NCBI GenBank assembly: GCA_963674695.2
Contig: CAXXGI010000002.1
Span: 832,001 to 896,000 of the forward strand
Origin: a bacterium
Lineage (GTDB): Bacteria > UBA10199 > 2-02-FULL-44-16 > JAAZCA01
DNA length: 64,000 nt
Direction: 5' to 3'
Part shown: in pieces, positions 16,915 to 26,831 of the stretch
Layout of the letters: each line of letters starts with the position of its first letter
Numbering within the stretch: position 1 is the stretch's first letter
The notes under the pieces: generated by a model
Told to the model about the DNA's origin: nothing
Seen by the model: only the letters and a program-made list of their open reading frames with translations
Database searches by the model: none
Position numbers and translations under genes: made by a program

Positions 16915-17826
16915 TTATCGTCTTTGTTCATGCGAATCGACGCTGGATTGAACCAATCCCTCAACGATTCGATCAAGGGTCTCATTGAAAACAATCGGTT
17001 TCTCGAGCATCAGAAAATGTCCTGCATCGTCGATAAATGTAACGTTATAATTTTTGATATACTTTTTATTCGTTTTGACGTTTGTGGGATATATCTTTGA
17101 GTTGATAGAAAAAATGGGGACGCTGATGTGAGCAAAGTAGTCTGTAACCCTCCCTTTTTGGTACTCCCCCAGAAACTCCTCCATTGCACTTACGCCAACA
17201 TGCGGCGGAGATGATGACATATCCTCTGTTATCCAATCAATGAGTTTTGGAGAAGTGCTCGGCACAAACATATCTTTCAGGAAGGACTTGGTAGCCTTCT
17301 TGAAATCTTCTCTGAATGGCTCCAGCATCATCGTAAATACCTCTGACGTTACCGGATATGCAACATCCTGAATGGAATCGACTATTACAATACCAATCAC
17401 CCTTTCTGGGAGAAGGCTGGCCGTTTTTGCAGCTAATTCACCACCCATCGAATGTCCTATGAGGATAACTTTGCTCGAGCCAACTGAATCGACAACAGCT
17501 TTTACATCATCAGCGAAGGAGTCTATCGAATATCTTTTTCTTTCCAGACCTGAACGACCATGGCCGGCAAGATCGATTGTCACCACCTGATATTTTTTTG
17601 AAAAATAGGGAATCTGCTCTTTCCAATAATTGCCGTCGCAGCTCCATCCATGGATGAAAATTAAAGCGGGTTCTTTGCCTGAATACAATTCGTACGATAT
17701 GCGTACACCATCGGAGGAATCAACGCTCTTCACAACACCAACGTGCTTCTTGGATGAGCATCCAAAAGAGAACGATACCATCAATAAGATGCATATCAGA
17801 GCGATGGAGCGAAATGATTTTATCAT
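16915..17826 (-). CDS. Alpha/beta hydrolase, putative lipoprotein
   Basis: FIHGWS, DLAGHGRS, GHSMG nucleophile, AGHFLMLE; lipobox-like SFGC; AT-rich. Confidence 0.92.
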   Translation of the reverse strand: MIKSFRSIALICILLMVSFSFGCSSKKHVGVVKSVDSSDGVRISYELYSGKEPALIFIHGWSCDGNYWKEQIPYFSKKYQVVTIDLAGHGRSGLERKRYSIDSFADDVKAVVDSVGSSKVILIGHSMGGELAAKTASLLPERVIGIVIVDSIQDVAYPVTSEVFTMMLEPFREDFKKATKSFLKDMFVPSTSPKLIDWITEDMSSSPPHVGVSAMEEFLGEYQKGRVTDYFAHISVPIFSINSKIYPTNVKTNKKYIKNYNVTFIDDAGHFLMLEKPIVFNETLDRIVEGLVQSSVDSHEQRR

Positions 17827-18025
17827 AGAATGCCTCGTGACTTCCTTCTCATTGAGCTGCGCTGTATATGAGATGTGTTTCAAACTCAATGGTATTATGT
17901 GGCCATCTCTTGACAGGCAGTTCTGGAATCGTTCAACCAGCCAGCCATTGTGTTTTTTACGACGAAGCTCCATGGGAGCGTGGGAAGTTAGAACCATAAT
18001 GCCCCGCCGAATGGCGGGGGCGATG

Positions 18026-18120
18026 GATAACTGGTAGAACCCCTGTTTTAATTCAATCGGGACGGGAGTTTTCCGTTCATGAGGCCCGAAAACTCGCCTC
18101 CGACGGGTGTTTTCCGTGAT
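18026..18120 (+). repeat. Cassette-junction repeat R5
   Basis: GATAACTGGTAGAACCCCTGTTTTAATTCAATCGGGACGGGAGTTTTCCGTT..GCCCGAAA..TCCGACGGGTGTTTTCC. Confidence 0.85.
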
Positions 18121-18859
18121 GGTTATTTCGAGAAGCCAACCCGATGCATGGCTGGAGGAGATCGAGGGGTGTCGGGGAAGGGGTTTGACCGGTGTGGCAG
18201 GACCAGATCAGACCTATAGCGAATACGCTGCGGCCGCTACTGCCGAGATCTGTCCGAACGAGGATGTATGCGCAACGAAATACTATGAAAATGTGCTACG
18301 TCAGTATTCACAGATCTCTGACGCCAATTGCTGGCCGGAATTCCGGTTCAGCTATAGCGAGGGGCCTGCAGTAACGGCTTTTGCGTGGGCAGGTATGGGA
18401 GGTGTCACGCGTCCACTAGAGCGTCGCGCTTTTATGGAGTCTTTTCAAAACGGCAACGAGACATACATGCGTAGTTTTGATACCATCGTTACGGATGCCA
18501 TTGGTGATGATGGATCGGTGGAATGTAATATGCGGGTCGAGTTCCTTTTGGCGTTGGATGCGGTTTCGATCATTACTCCGGATGGAAGCGGACCACCTGA
18601 AGATTCGATCGGAGTTCCGGGAGCGAACATGGCCAAGGCCATTACACCGGGGACGGATCCGACTCTTCTCATTCCCGACGTTGGCGTTGCCTCCACGGTG
18701 CGCTCTGTTTTCAATACAACGATTACTTCAGTGCTGGGAACCGATGAGGCCACGTCTTTATGCCAAGCGCAGCTCGGCGAATCGAATGAACGCACACGGA
18801 ATGGCTTCGTATCGAAAGGGGCGATAGTTGCTGATACCAACCCGATTCCTTCGCCGTGA
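18107..18859 (+). CDS. Hypothetical Cys-containing protein, possibly a 3' fragment
   Basis: 250-codon ORF with protein-like composition; start lies within repeat R5, no SD. Confidence 0.45.
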   Translation: MFSVMVISRSQPDAWLEEIEGCRGRGLTGVAGPDQTYSEYAAAATAEICPNEDVCATKYYENVLRQYSQISDANCWPEFRFSYSEGPAVTAFAWAGMGGVTRPLERRAFMESFQNGNETYMRSFDTIVTDAIGDDGSVECNMRVEFLLALDAVSIITPDGSGPPEDSIGVPGANMAKAITPGTDPTLLIPDVGVASTVRSVFNTTITSVLGTDEATSLCQAQLGESNERTRNGFVSKGAIVADTNPIPSP

Positions 18860-19175
18860 AGTTTTGAGATGAATAAGTTTGTTCGAGTATAGATCCGATA
18901 CGGGGAATAAGTAAGAAAACCTCGTTGTTTAGGTCTAACTTATACTGAACCATATCAGTAAAACTGCCAGCGCATTCGCGTCTCAAATCGAGTCACAATC
19001 GAACAGAACAAACGCCACACCACTGCAACCGGGCTCATATGCGACAAATTGCGCCCCTCGCCTTCTCGCGTTTTCAATTCTGTTCCGTCTGATGGTTTTC
19101 TAGTCCTATCAAGCGCTCACCGGACGCCCGACCTTTCGCTCACAGGGCGAACTCGCTCGATTTCCAGAAACAGCA

Positions 19176-20498
19176 TTATCGTCGCAGTCGCAAAATCTGG
19201 TTCAGAGCAACGGCGAGCAGGGTGGCCAGCGTCAGCGAGGACTCGAAGAGGGGGGCAAGCCACATGGGGACATGGGCGTAGAGTTCGGGGAGGATGTCGA
19301 CACTCAAGCCCAGGGCGAATGGAACGCCGATGACGAAGATTTTTCGGGTGTCGATCCCGCTGCCGATGATGATCTGCAGCCCCGACAGGACCATGAAGCT
19401 GATGACGAAGATCAGGATCGCGCCCATGACCGGATCGGGCATGATCGAGATCAGCGACGAGAGCTGTGGGAAGAAGGCGAGCAGGATGAAGAGCGCACCG
19501 GCGATAAAGCCGATCCAACGGCTCGTTGCCCGCGTTGCCAGCGACATCCCGACGTTGCTTGCCGAGCTGTCGGTTGCCATCCCCCCGAGGAGCCCGGCGG
19601 AGATGACGCTCAAGCCATCGGCGAACAATCCGTTGCCGATGTTGCCGATGTTCGCTTCCTCCCAGCTGGCGTCGTTGGCCTTCTGGGCGATGACGAGATT
19701 TCCGAAGGTCTTGAGGCTTCCGCAAAGGGAGACGATGAGGAACGGGACGAGCAGCGACAGGTCGAAGGAAAATTTAAAATCGCTCAAGCCGCGGATGGGG
19801 CTGTCGACAAGCGGGGCGTGCATGAGGTTGTAGAGATCGACTGACGAGATGATGCCGAAGAGCAGCGAGAGGAGATACCCGGCCGCCATGCCGATCAGCA
19901 CGGAGTAGAGCTTGAGCCGGCCCCGGCTCATGACGTTGACCCCGATCATGATCGCCAGCGTGATCGTCGCCGTCAACACGACTGCGGGCTGGATGCGGTC
20001 GCCGGCGTAGTCGATGCCCACGAATTTCGACGCGCCCAGCGGAACGAGCATGACCGCGACCATGACGACGACGAGCCCCGTGATCTCGACCGGGAAGAGA
20101 ACGCGCAGCTTCGAGATGACGCGCGAGAAGAAGAGCTCGAACAGCCCCGCGACGATCGTCATGCCGCGCATCAGCGGCAGACCGCCGATCCACGCGGCGT
20201 GTACGGACACCGACAGGAAGGACGGTCCGCAGAGGTTGGGGACCAGGTAGCCGGATCCCACACACCCCCGGCCCAGCGACTGCAGGATCGTTCCGATGCC
20301 GGCCGCGATCATCGAGAGCGAGACGACGCTGCGGATCTCGGCGAATGATCCGCCGATCTCCTGCAGGATGACGACCGGGAGGATGAGCGTGCTCGACATG
20401 ACAAAGACGTGCTGAAGGGCGAGGACCAGCAGCACCGCGAGCGGGGGCCTCTCATCCACAGCATAGATCAGATCGTCTGGTCTTAGAACTTTTTCCAT
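19176..20498 (-). CDS. NCS2/NAT family (xanthine/uracil) permease
   Basis: YAVDERPP..LALQHVF, GIGTILQ, FPVEITGLVV, signature-like SASNVGMSLATRATSR, PDPVMGA. Confidence 0.9.
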   Translation of the reverse strand: MEKVLRPDDLIYAVDERPPLAVLLVLALQHVFVMSSTLILPVVILQEIGGSFAEIRSVVSLSMIAAGIGTILQSLGRGCVGSGYLVPNLCGPSFLSVSVHAAWIGGLPLMRGMTIVAGLFELFFSRVISKLRVLFPVEITGLVVVMVAVMLVPLGASKFVGIDYAGDRIQPAVVLTATITLAIMIGVNVMSRGRLKLYSVLIGMAAGYLLSLLFGIISSVDLYNLMHAPLVDSPIRGLSDFKFSFDLSLLVPFLIVSLCGSLKTFGNLVIAQKANDASWEEANIGNIGNGLFADGLSVISAGLLGGMATDSSASNVGMSLATRATSRWIGFIAGALFILLAFFPQLSSLISIMPDPVMGAILIFVISFMVLSGLQIIIGSGIDTRKIFVIGVPFALGLSVDILPELYAHVPMWLAPLFESSLTLATLLAVALNQILRLRR

Positions 20499-21397
20499 AT
20501 GGGATCGATGGCAAAGTAGTCGGAGCCGACGATATAGGCCGTGCCCTTCACGTCGACCCTTCGCAGATATGCGATCTTCTTGGATGGCCTGGTCTCTCCC
20601 GGCTTCGGCCACATGTAGCTGATCCAGGCCGTGTCCGTCGTCTTGAGCGCGTCGATCATCTCCTCGATGGTTTTTCTTCCCATGGCGTCCCTGAAGCCGA
20701 GCAGGTTTCTCCCGCTGCCCTCGCCTGCAAACGCCTTGAGGTCAGGCGAAGCGGGATCGACGATAACATGCCCGGTCATGTCGAGGACGAAGAGGTAGAT
20801 ATCCTTATAGACGAAGCGGCTCGACCGGTCGGCAAACACCGCAAACGCGGCCGTCCCTTTCTCTCGGATCAGGTCCACCGCTGCATCGACCGTTTCGACC
20901 AGGAACTGCCGCTCGGTGCGCATGTTGTAGATGCCGCTGCCGATGAGGACGTCCGTGCCGTCGAGGCCGGTTGTGCGCAGGACATACGAGCTCTTCCAGG
21001 TCGGGAGGAGGCCGCCCGGCTCGAGCCAGAGATAATGGACCCAGCCGCCCGGGTCGGAAGGATCGCGCGTGGTCACATCGATCATCTGCCGGATGATTGG
21101 CTTTCCCTCGAGATCCCGAAGGCTCAGGATGTTCTTTCCGACGAGGTCGGGGTTGAAGGGATCGAACAGGGGGGTGCCATGTATGTCGATGACGAAGAGA
21201 TAGTGGCTGTCCTCTTTCTCAAATTCCGCGAATGCGCGTGCTCCTTTCCGGGAGAAGAGCTCCGCGGCATCGTGAACGGAATCGATGAGTTCCTGCGTCT
21301 CCCGGAACTGGTACTTGTCCAGCTCCTCGTCTGCGGCAAGGGAGGCCGTCGGGAATGCGAGGACCAGCAGCATGGAAAGAACTCTGAATCGCATCAT
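20483..21397 (-). CDS. Exported tandem Cache (sCache_2-like) domain protein
   Basis: Signal peptide; two repeats YLFV.D..G..NxLxxRDxxG..IxxMI..WVxYxWxxPG..K.xY..IGS; no TM or output domain. Confidence 0.85.
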   Translation of the reverse strand: MMRFRVLSMLLVLAFPTASLAADEELDKYQFRETQELIDSVHDAAELFSRKGARAFAEFEKEDSHYLFVIDIHGTPLFDPFNPDLVGKNILSLRDLEGKPIIRQMIDVTTRDPSDPGGWVHYLWLEPGGLLPTWKSSYVLRTTGLDGTDVLIGSGIYNMRTERQFLVETVDAAVDLIREKGTAAFAVFADRSSRFVYKDIYLFVLDMTGHVIVDPASPDLKAFAGEGSGRNLLGFRDAMGRKTIEEMIDALKTTDTAWISYMWPKPGETRPSKKIAYLRRVDVKGTAYIVGSDYFAIDPIWKKF

Positions 21398-21467
21398 ATC
21401 TCCGAATCTCCGACCGATCATATTGAATGCGGCGGATTTTTGCAAAGTGCAAAAATATGCACGTCCA

Positions 21468-21520
21468 GAGGTTTTCCGTTTTTGGAGCCAAAAGGCCCGC
21501 GTCCGGCGGGAGTATTCTGC
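21468..21520 (+). repeat. Partial cassette-junction repeat R6 (distal module only)
   Basis: GAGGTTTTCCGTTTTTGGAGCCAAAAGGCCCGCGTCCGGCGGGAGTATTC aligns with the distal module of R3/R5. Confidence 0.7.
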
Positions 21521-21683
21521 GAGTGGTATGTCAAAATTCCCGCCCGACGTGTATGTTGGGGAGATCGGGGATGGCTGGAAGAGGGGTTCGATAGGTCAGA
21601 AAGGATGGTAGGGATGGGAGATGGGGGCTTCCCTATCGAGAGGTACGCTTTCCCAGTTTTTCGTAAAGATGGAGAAAAATGTA

Positions 21684-21709
21684 GCAACAAAAGGAGGTTG
21701 TGGTCGATA
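21684..21709 (+). promoter_or_regulatory. GCAAC-N16-CGATA putative promoter
   Basis: GCAAC AAAAGGAGGTTGTGGT CGATA, ~28 bp before the start codon. Confidence 0.55.
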
Positions 21710-21736
21710 GCAAGAGAGACCTGAGAGGAGAAGACT

Positions 21737-23014
21737 GTGGTCCAAGGGATGACAACACGGGGTTTGGTTCGGGAATTCGTCAAGGCTCATGATCGGGATC
21801 CCTCGAACAACGTACCTGAGCCGATTCCAGAGTCCCGGGTGAACGAGGATTTTGCCGATCTGTATTTGGCCAATGTCATCGGCTCTCTTGGCGCTTCTTC
21901 CGCCTCAGACTTTCATGAGGCCAACGCGGAATTCTTTAAATATCTTCCTCCGCCATGTCGTGCACGGGTGCTTACCTCCATTCATCGTAGCTGTGCGATG
22001 GTGAATGATTCAGCCTTCTGCAGGAATGAACGTTGGAACATGAGCTGTCTTACAGAGCAAGCTCCTGCTGATGTCGATGCTAGAGCGTTGAGCCGAGAGG
22101 ATATAAAAACCCTACACCATTTCTCTGTGTTGCAAGATCCAAAGGCGTTCCCAGCGATTTCAGCACAGGAAACATCGGCTGTTTATAAAAAGATTCAATG
22201 GCTCATCACGCGCTCTCACGCGGCAGGTCTGGAAGCGTTTGCCTTGCGATTGGAAGATCTTCTCAAACAAGGGCGCATTCGGTTGTTTGAAAACATGGAG
22301 GAACAGATCAACGCCAGTGGGTTTGTCGACCCACGAACTGAAACTGTTTATCTGAGCTGCTACATGTTTGAAGCTTCGTGGGCTGATGAAGCGGAGGTGT
22401 CTTCCGAAGACATTAGTGAAACAGAGCTGTTAGCCTATGCTCGAAAACAGCTCTCTATCGAATGGAATTTCCACTGCCCGGAATTAGAGATGGGCCAGCT
22501 AGAAAAAATTGCAAAAAAGTTTCCTCGCTTTCGACCGAAGGCGATTCAAAGAAAACTTCTCAATCAACGAAGAAAACAGCTCGCTGAACGCTATGCCTTC
22601 TACTATGGAAGCTTGGCTCGACATACTTTCCCCCCAGAGATGCCGAGCTGGTTGATCGGTGTGGCTCATGAGGTGCGCCACGTAGAACAATATGCTCAAA
22701 ATCGAACCAACTGGAATCCATCGTGGTTGAAGAAGACCTCAGGCGCCGATCAAGCATATTATTTCTCCTTGCTGACATGGGTTCTCAATCGTGCCTTTGA
22801 GGTGCCTCAGCAGATGATTCCAGGAGGCATGCTGTATCAGTCTTTACGGGAAATAGGTTTTGATCCGAGTCAGTCTGAATTTCAAATGGAGCAGAATTCA
22901 GACAGCATATCGTATCTCGTCAGAGCTTCCGAACGGGATGCAGCCCTTTATGGAGTCCACGTTGCCAAGAAGCTCCTTCCTTTTTGGCGGGCGAGCCAAA
23001 GAGAGGCGAGGTAA
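21737..23014 (+). CDS. Orphan protein with HEXXH (VAHEVRH) zincin-like motif
   Basis: 425-aa ORF, SD GAGGAG, HEVRH plus downstream SERDA; no signal peptide. Confidence 0.7.
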   Translation: MVQGMTTRGLVREFVKAHDRDPSNNVPEPIPESRVNEDFADLYLANVIGSLGASSASDFHEANAEFFKYLPPPCRARVLTSIHRSCAMVNDSAFCRNERWNMSCLTEQAPADVDARALSREDIKTLHHFSVLQDPKAFPAISAQETSAVYKKIQWLITRSHAAGLEAFALRLEDLLKQGRIRLFENMEEQINASGFVDPRTETVYLSCYMFEASWADEAEVSSEDISETELLAYARKQLSIEWNFHCPELEMGQLEKIAKKFPRFRPKAIQRKLLNQRRKQLAERYAFYYGSLARHTFPPEMPSWLIGVAHEVRHVEQYAQNRTNWNPSWLKKTSGADQAYYFSLLTWVLNRAFEVPQQMIPGGMLYQSLREIGFDPSQSEFQMEQNSDSISYLVRASERDAALYGVHVAKKLLPFWRASQREAR

Positions 23015-23133
23015 CGTCCTGTTCAATTGACCTTCCAAAAAGCCGCTCGTCGAATGATCAAGTGCCGACGCGTGCGTGCGCGCGCCGGCACCCCTTCGGC
23101 CACCTTAACGGATATCCGCAGAGCGGAGCAATT

Positions 23134-24225
23134 CTACTTCGCCCTGTCGGTAACATCGATGAACGGCGTATCCCCTTTGAGGTTGATGGTCTTGATGGTG
23201 GGGGCGTTGAGATCCATCTTCATCAGATCGACCATCTTGATCGACATGTCGTCATAGGTGCGCATGTAGAAGCGCTTGTGCTTCAGATCCGCCACGCTCG
23301 TCCACTGCGTATATTCGATGCCCTTTTTCGCACTCTTGGACGTCCGCACGGAGCCCATCGGGATATCGAAGTTGTTGAGAATGTGGAACGCCTGAAGGAC
23401 GACATCTGTATCTGTCTGTACGGGTACAGCCATGCCGCTGAAGAAGGCAGCGCGAACGAAGCGAGATGGAGAGGTCCAATCACCGGGGCTTCCCAGAAAG
23501 CCCGTCCCCATGCTTAACGCTTTGAGCTCGACCCCACGGAGGTTGACCGGAGGCGCGTTCACGGGAGTCAGGTTGATGTAGTTTCTGAGGTTCGTCATGT
23601 GCCAGTCGAAGGCTGGAACGTTTGTCATCACGCCTATCGTATTGTCGAAGACTTTGAGTTCCCCCCCGATGGGATCGATCGCGATGTTGTTTCCCTGCGC
23701 ATCGACGACGTCAAAGTGGTAGGTCTGCTTGCTTCCCGCGGTAAGATAGTTCGGCATGACGACCCTGATCTCCGCTAGGGCATTGCGCACCTCCTCCACC
23801 GTTGCGAAGTTCGTAAGCATCCATGTCGCCATGTCGAGTGGCGAAATCGTGCGCGAAGCCTGGGCCTTATCGTATGTCTGGAACTGTGCAAATCCCGGAA
23901 AGAAGAAGAGGCCGACGGCGAGCCCCTTCTCGTTCACGCCATCGACGATGACCGGTTTGCCCACGGCATTTGCGCCGACAACACCATACTTCGACGTCCA
24001 CGTCATGCCGGGTTTGCCGTTGGGCAGTGAACCTGTGAACTCCATCCCCCGAGGTAGAACGATAATGTTTGATTCCAGATCTGCAACAAACTCAAGCGAA
24101 CGCGCGTGCACCACCGTGCCATCCTTTGCACTGAGTCGAATGCCGGTGCATGCATCGACTGAGGATGCGGATGAGACGATCAGCGTTGCCATGGCCACAA
24201 AAGCCAATGCGATGGATTTCTGCAT
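23134..24225 (-). CDS. Choloylglycine hydrolase / penicillin V acylase family (Ntn hydrolase), exported
   Basis: Signal peptide then catalytic CTGIRL, ARSLEF, DGVNEKGL, MTNVP, PGDWTSPSRFVRA. Confidence 0.93.
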   Translation of the reverse strand: MQKSIALAFVAMATLIVSSASSVDACTGIRLSAKDGTVVHARSLEFVADLESNIIVLPRGMEFTGSLPNGKPGMTWTSKYGVVGANAVGKPVIVDGVNEKGLAVGLFFFPGFAQFQTYDKAQASRTISPLDMATWMLTNFATVEEVRNALAEIRVVMPNYLTAGSKQTYHFDVVDAQGNNIAIDPIGGELKVFDNTIGVMTNVPAFDWHMTNLRNYINLTPVNAPPVNLRGVELKALSMGTGFLGSPGDWTSPSRFVRAAFFSGMAVPVQTDTDVVLQAFHILNNFDIPMGSVRTSKSAKKGIEYTQWTSVADLKHKRFYMRTYDDMSIKMVDLMKMDLNAPTIKTINLKGDTPFIDVTDRAK

Positions 24226-24467
24226 GTGATCCCCCTTTTTTGTGATGGCATGAGTGTGCCCACTCATTTGGGGAACACAATAGAAAATCGTTGCATAGGT
24301 TTCCTTTTCATTCCCGAACAGATGCCCCTGGAGGTCGGGACGAAGTGGCACCTGGTCAAACCAGAAGCGCCCCCTGCTTGATGAGTCGGCAAACCACCTC
24401 GACATGTCGTCGATTGATGCTATAGGAGTTCTGACGAGTTTTTGGGCAACGTTGGAGGGAGTGAAGC

Positions 24468-26015
24468 GTGAATATTGTCGTCGATAATATCGATCTGGAG
24501 CCGGGGTGCGATGAAGCGGCCTTGGAATTGCGTGCCTCCAAAACGTATAGGGCGAATCTCAAGCTGTATAGGATTCTTCGTAAATCGATCGACGCCCGAA
24601 AAAAAGGCCGGGTGGTGGTCAAATATCGAGCGGTCTTTACGGTGGACGACAAGGAGGTTCATCGTTTGATCAAAGCGGGCTGTACCACCTATCACGAGTC
24701 CCCGGCGGTTGCACTCGCAACGGGTGGTGATCCTGGAAGTGTTCTCATTGTGGGGAGTGGCCCTGCCGGTCTTTTTGCGGCACTCCGCCTGATGGAGCGC
24801 GGCATTCGCGCGACGATTCTTGAACGCGGAAAGCGTGTCGACGAGCGACATCAGGATGTGGCGCTCTTGAAGCAAGAAGGGGTGCTCAATACCGAGAGCA
24901 ACGTGGTCTTCGGCGAGGGGGGTGCGGGAACGTATTCCGATGGAAAGCTCACGACGCGCATCAATAAGGACGGCATGGAATGGCTCTTTGAAAAGCTGGT
25001 TGAGTACGGTGCTCCCGACACGATTCTTTTTGATGCCAAACCCCACATCGGAACGGATATTCTTTCGAACGTGGTCGTGAATATTCGAAAAAAACTCATA
25101 GCGTTTGGAACGGAGTTTCACTTCGGAGAGAGGGTGGTCGACATCGTCTCTCGTGAGGGAAAGGCTGTGGCTGTACATACCGTTTCCGGAAAAGAGATCC
25201 CAGCTGACCATATCATTGTGGCGTGCGGACATTCGGCGCGTGACCTTTTTGAATCGTTCGAGAAACAGGGCATCGTTCTCGAAAAGAAGGGCTTTGCCGT
25301 CGGCGTTCGCATCGAGCATCCGGCAGCGTTTATCAACAAGGCGCAATATGGCGTGCAGTATGCCAAACTTCCCGCGGCGGACTACCGGCTGGCATGTACC
25401 AACAAGGCGAGTCGGCGTGGAACATACTCGTTCTGCATGTGCCCAGGGGGAGAGGTGGTCAATGCTTCTTCTGAACAGGCGATGCTCTGTGTCAATGGCA
25501 TGAGCTCTTCCAAGCGCGATCTTCCCTTTTCGAACTCCGCGATCGTGGTTGCGGTACGGCCGGAGGATGTGGGACCGGGTGCCCTCGGGGGCATTTGCTT
25601 CCAGCGTGACCTGGAGAAGAGGGCCTTCGATGCGGGAGGGGGAGGATTTGTTTCACCGGCGACGAGTGCCGCGACCTTCTGTACGGGAAAATCAAAACCG
25701 ATGGAGCGAATTTCGTACGTCACGGGCTTTCGGGAAGCGGACTTTTCGAGGATCCTTCCGACGTTTGTGGTCGAGGAACTCAAGCGGTCGTTGTTCGTCT
25801 TTGACCGGACGATCAAGGGTTTTGTTTCTGAGGGAGTGGTCATCGGCGTTGAGACGCGCACATCATCACCGGTACGAATCGTGCGTGGCGATGATTTTCA
25901 ATCGGTTTCGCTCAAACGACTCTATCCGGCAGGTGAAGGATCGGGCTACGCGGGCGGGATCGTGAGCTCGGCCGTGGATGGATTGCGAATTGCGGATCAC
26001 ATTGCGGGCTTTTAG
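24468..26015 (+). CDS. FAD-dependent oxidoreductase (COG2509-like)
   Basis: VGSGPAGLFAA, FGEGGAGTYSDGKL, PHIGTD, FCMCPGG, ETRTSSP, GEGSGYAGGIVSSAVDG. Confidence 0.92.
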   Translation: MNIVVDNIDLEPGCDEAALELRASKTYRANLKLYRILRKSIDARKKGRVVVKYRAVFTVDDKEVHRLIKAGCTTYHESPAVALATGGDPGSVLIVGSGPAGLFAALRLMERGIRATILERGKRVDERHQDVALLKQEGVLNTESNVVFGEGGAGTYSDGKLTTRINKDGMEWLFEKLVEYGAPDTILFDAKPHIGTDILSNVVVNIRKKLIAFGTEFHFGERVVDIVSREGKAVAVHTVSGKEIPADHIIVACGHSARDLFESFEKQGIVLEKKGFAVGVRIEHPAAFINKAQYGVQYAKLPAADYRLACTNKASRRGTYSFCMCPGGEVVNASSEQAMLCVNGMSSSKRDLPFSNSAIVVAVRPEDVGPGALGGICFQRDLEKRAFDAGGGGFVSPATSAATFCTGKSKPMERISYVTGFREADFSRILPTFVVEELKRSLFVFDRTIKGFVSEGVVIGVETRTSSPVRIVRGDDFQSVSLKRLYPAGEGSGYAGGIVSSAVDGLRIADHIAGF

Positions 26016-26104
26016 GGGGCTGATTCAGTATGGAAAGGAAGATGGGTTCGATTGGTCGGAGAGGATGCAAGGGCGGTGGGGGGATAATTTGAGGCGAGAT
26101 GATG

Positions 26105-26575
26105 TTACTTCGTATTGAACATGATCTTTGCGCTTTCTGTCATGAGTGTTCCGTGCGGGATGATGAGTTCAGTGGCACCTTGTTCCGTTTTGACTATTGC
26201 AACGATATGCATGGCCGCTTTAGTGGATACCTTCAGGTTGATCTCAAGAAAGACGGGCTTGAGAAAGAAACACTCGATAACGCCCCGAACTGGATTGCCA
26301 TCGACTGTTGCATCGATGGTGTCGCCAACGTTTAAGATGTGATCTTGAAATCGTATCGTCTTGAGATCGGATGCCTCGGGAGCGGGTTTGATGTCGATTC
26401 GTTGGCCAGAACTCATCGTAAGCCAGCTCGTTTTCTTGGGAACGCTCTCTTCGGTTTCGCATTTGTCATGGTGAACCGATAAACGTTCATCCCTTCCATC
26501 GCCATCCAGATCATACACATCATATTCCCGTGTAGTTGGTTTTCGGTGGGTGCATTTTCGTATGGGTGTCGTCAT
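26105..26575 (-). CDS. Hypothetical protein with DLDGDG (DxDxDG) motif
   Basis: 156 aa, SD AAGGA, promoter-like motif upstream. Confidence 0.6.
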   Translation of the reverse strand: MTTPIRKCTHRKPTTREYDVYDLDGDGRDERLSVHHDKCETEESVPKKTSWLTMSSGQRIDIKPAPEASDLKTIRFQDHILNVGDTIDATVDGNPVRGVIECFFLKPVFLEINLKVSTKAAMHIVAIVKTEQGATELIIPHGTLMTESAKIMFNTK

Positions 26576-26603
26576 GAAGATTCCTTTATTACCTTACCTG
26601 TAT

Positions 26604-26630
26604 TATCGTCCAGCGGGGTTGAAAAGTTGT
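26604..26630 (-). promoter_or_regulatory. ACAAC-N17-CGATAA putative promoter
   Basis: Reverse strand ACAAC TTTTCAACCCCGCTGGA CGATAA. Confidence 0.5.
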
Positions 26631-26765
26631 CTAAAAATGTGTTTTTCATTCTCCATGCAGTGCATGTCGACCAAAAATGGTTCTCAGATTGAGAATGTTC
26701 TTGCAGAATGAAAGGGGGTGCATATGGATATTTCTATAAAAACATGGGGTTAAGGTGTATCGCTA

Positions 26766-26782
26766 TTGGCATGAAGATTGCT
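26766..26782 (+). promoter_or_regulatory. Sigma-54 (-24/-12) promoter
   Basis: TTGGCATGAAGATTGCT: GG and GC exactly 12 nt apart, ~50 bp upstream of the start. Confidence 0.7.
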
Positions 26783-26831
26783 ATGTAATTGAATGCTCTT
26801 TAAGGGGTGGGGCATCGACGAGGAGATGCCC

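Noticed and set aside
9383-21520. CRISPR array interpretation of the recurring repeat
   Set aside because: Copies are 1.5-3.5 kb apart and separated by whole genes; there are no 30-40 bp spacers and no cas genes.
9133-26600. Prophage, ICE, DGR or retron at tRNA-His
   Set aside because: No integrase, structural, conjugation or reverse transcriptase genes, and no TR/VR-like repeat pair was seen.
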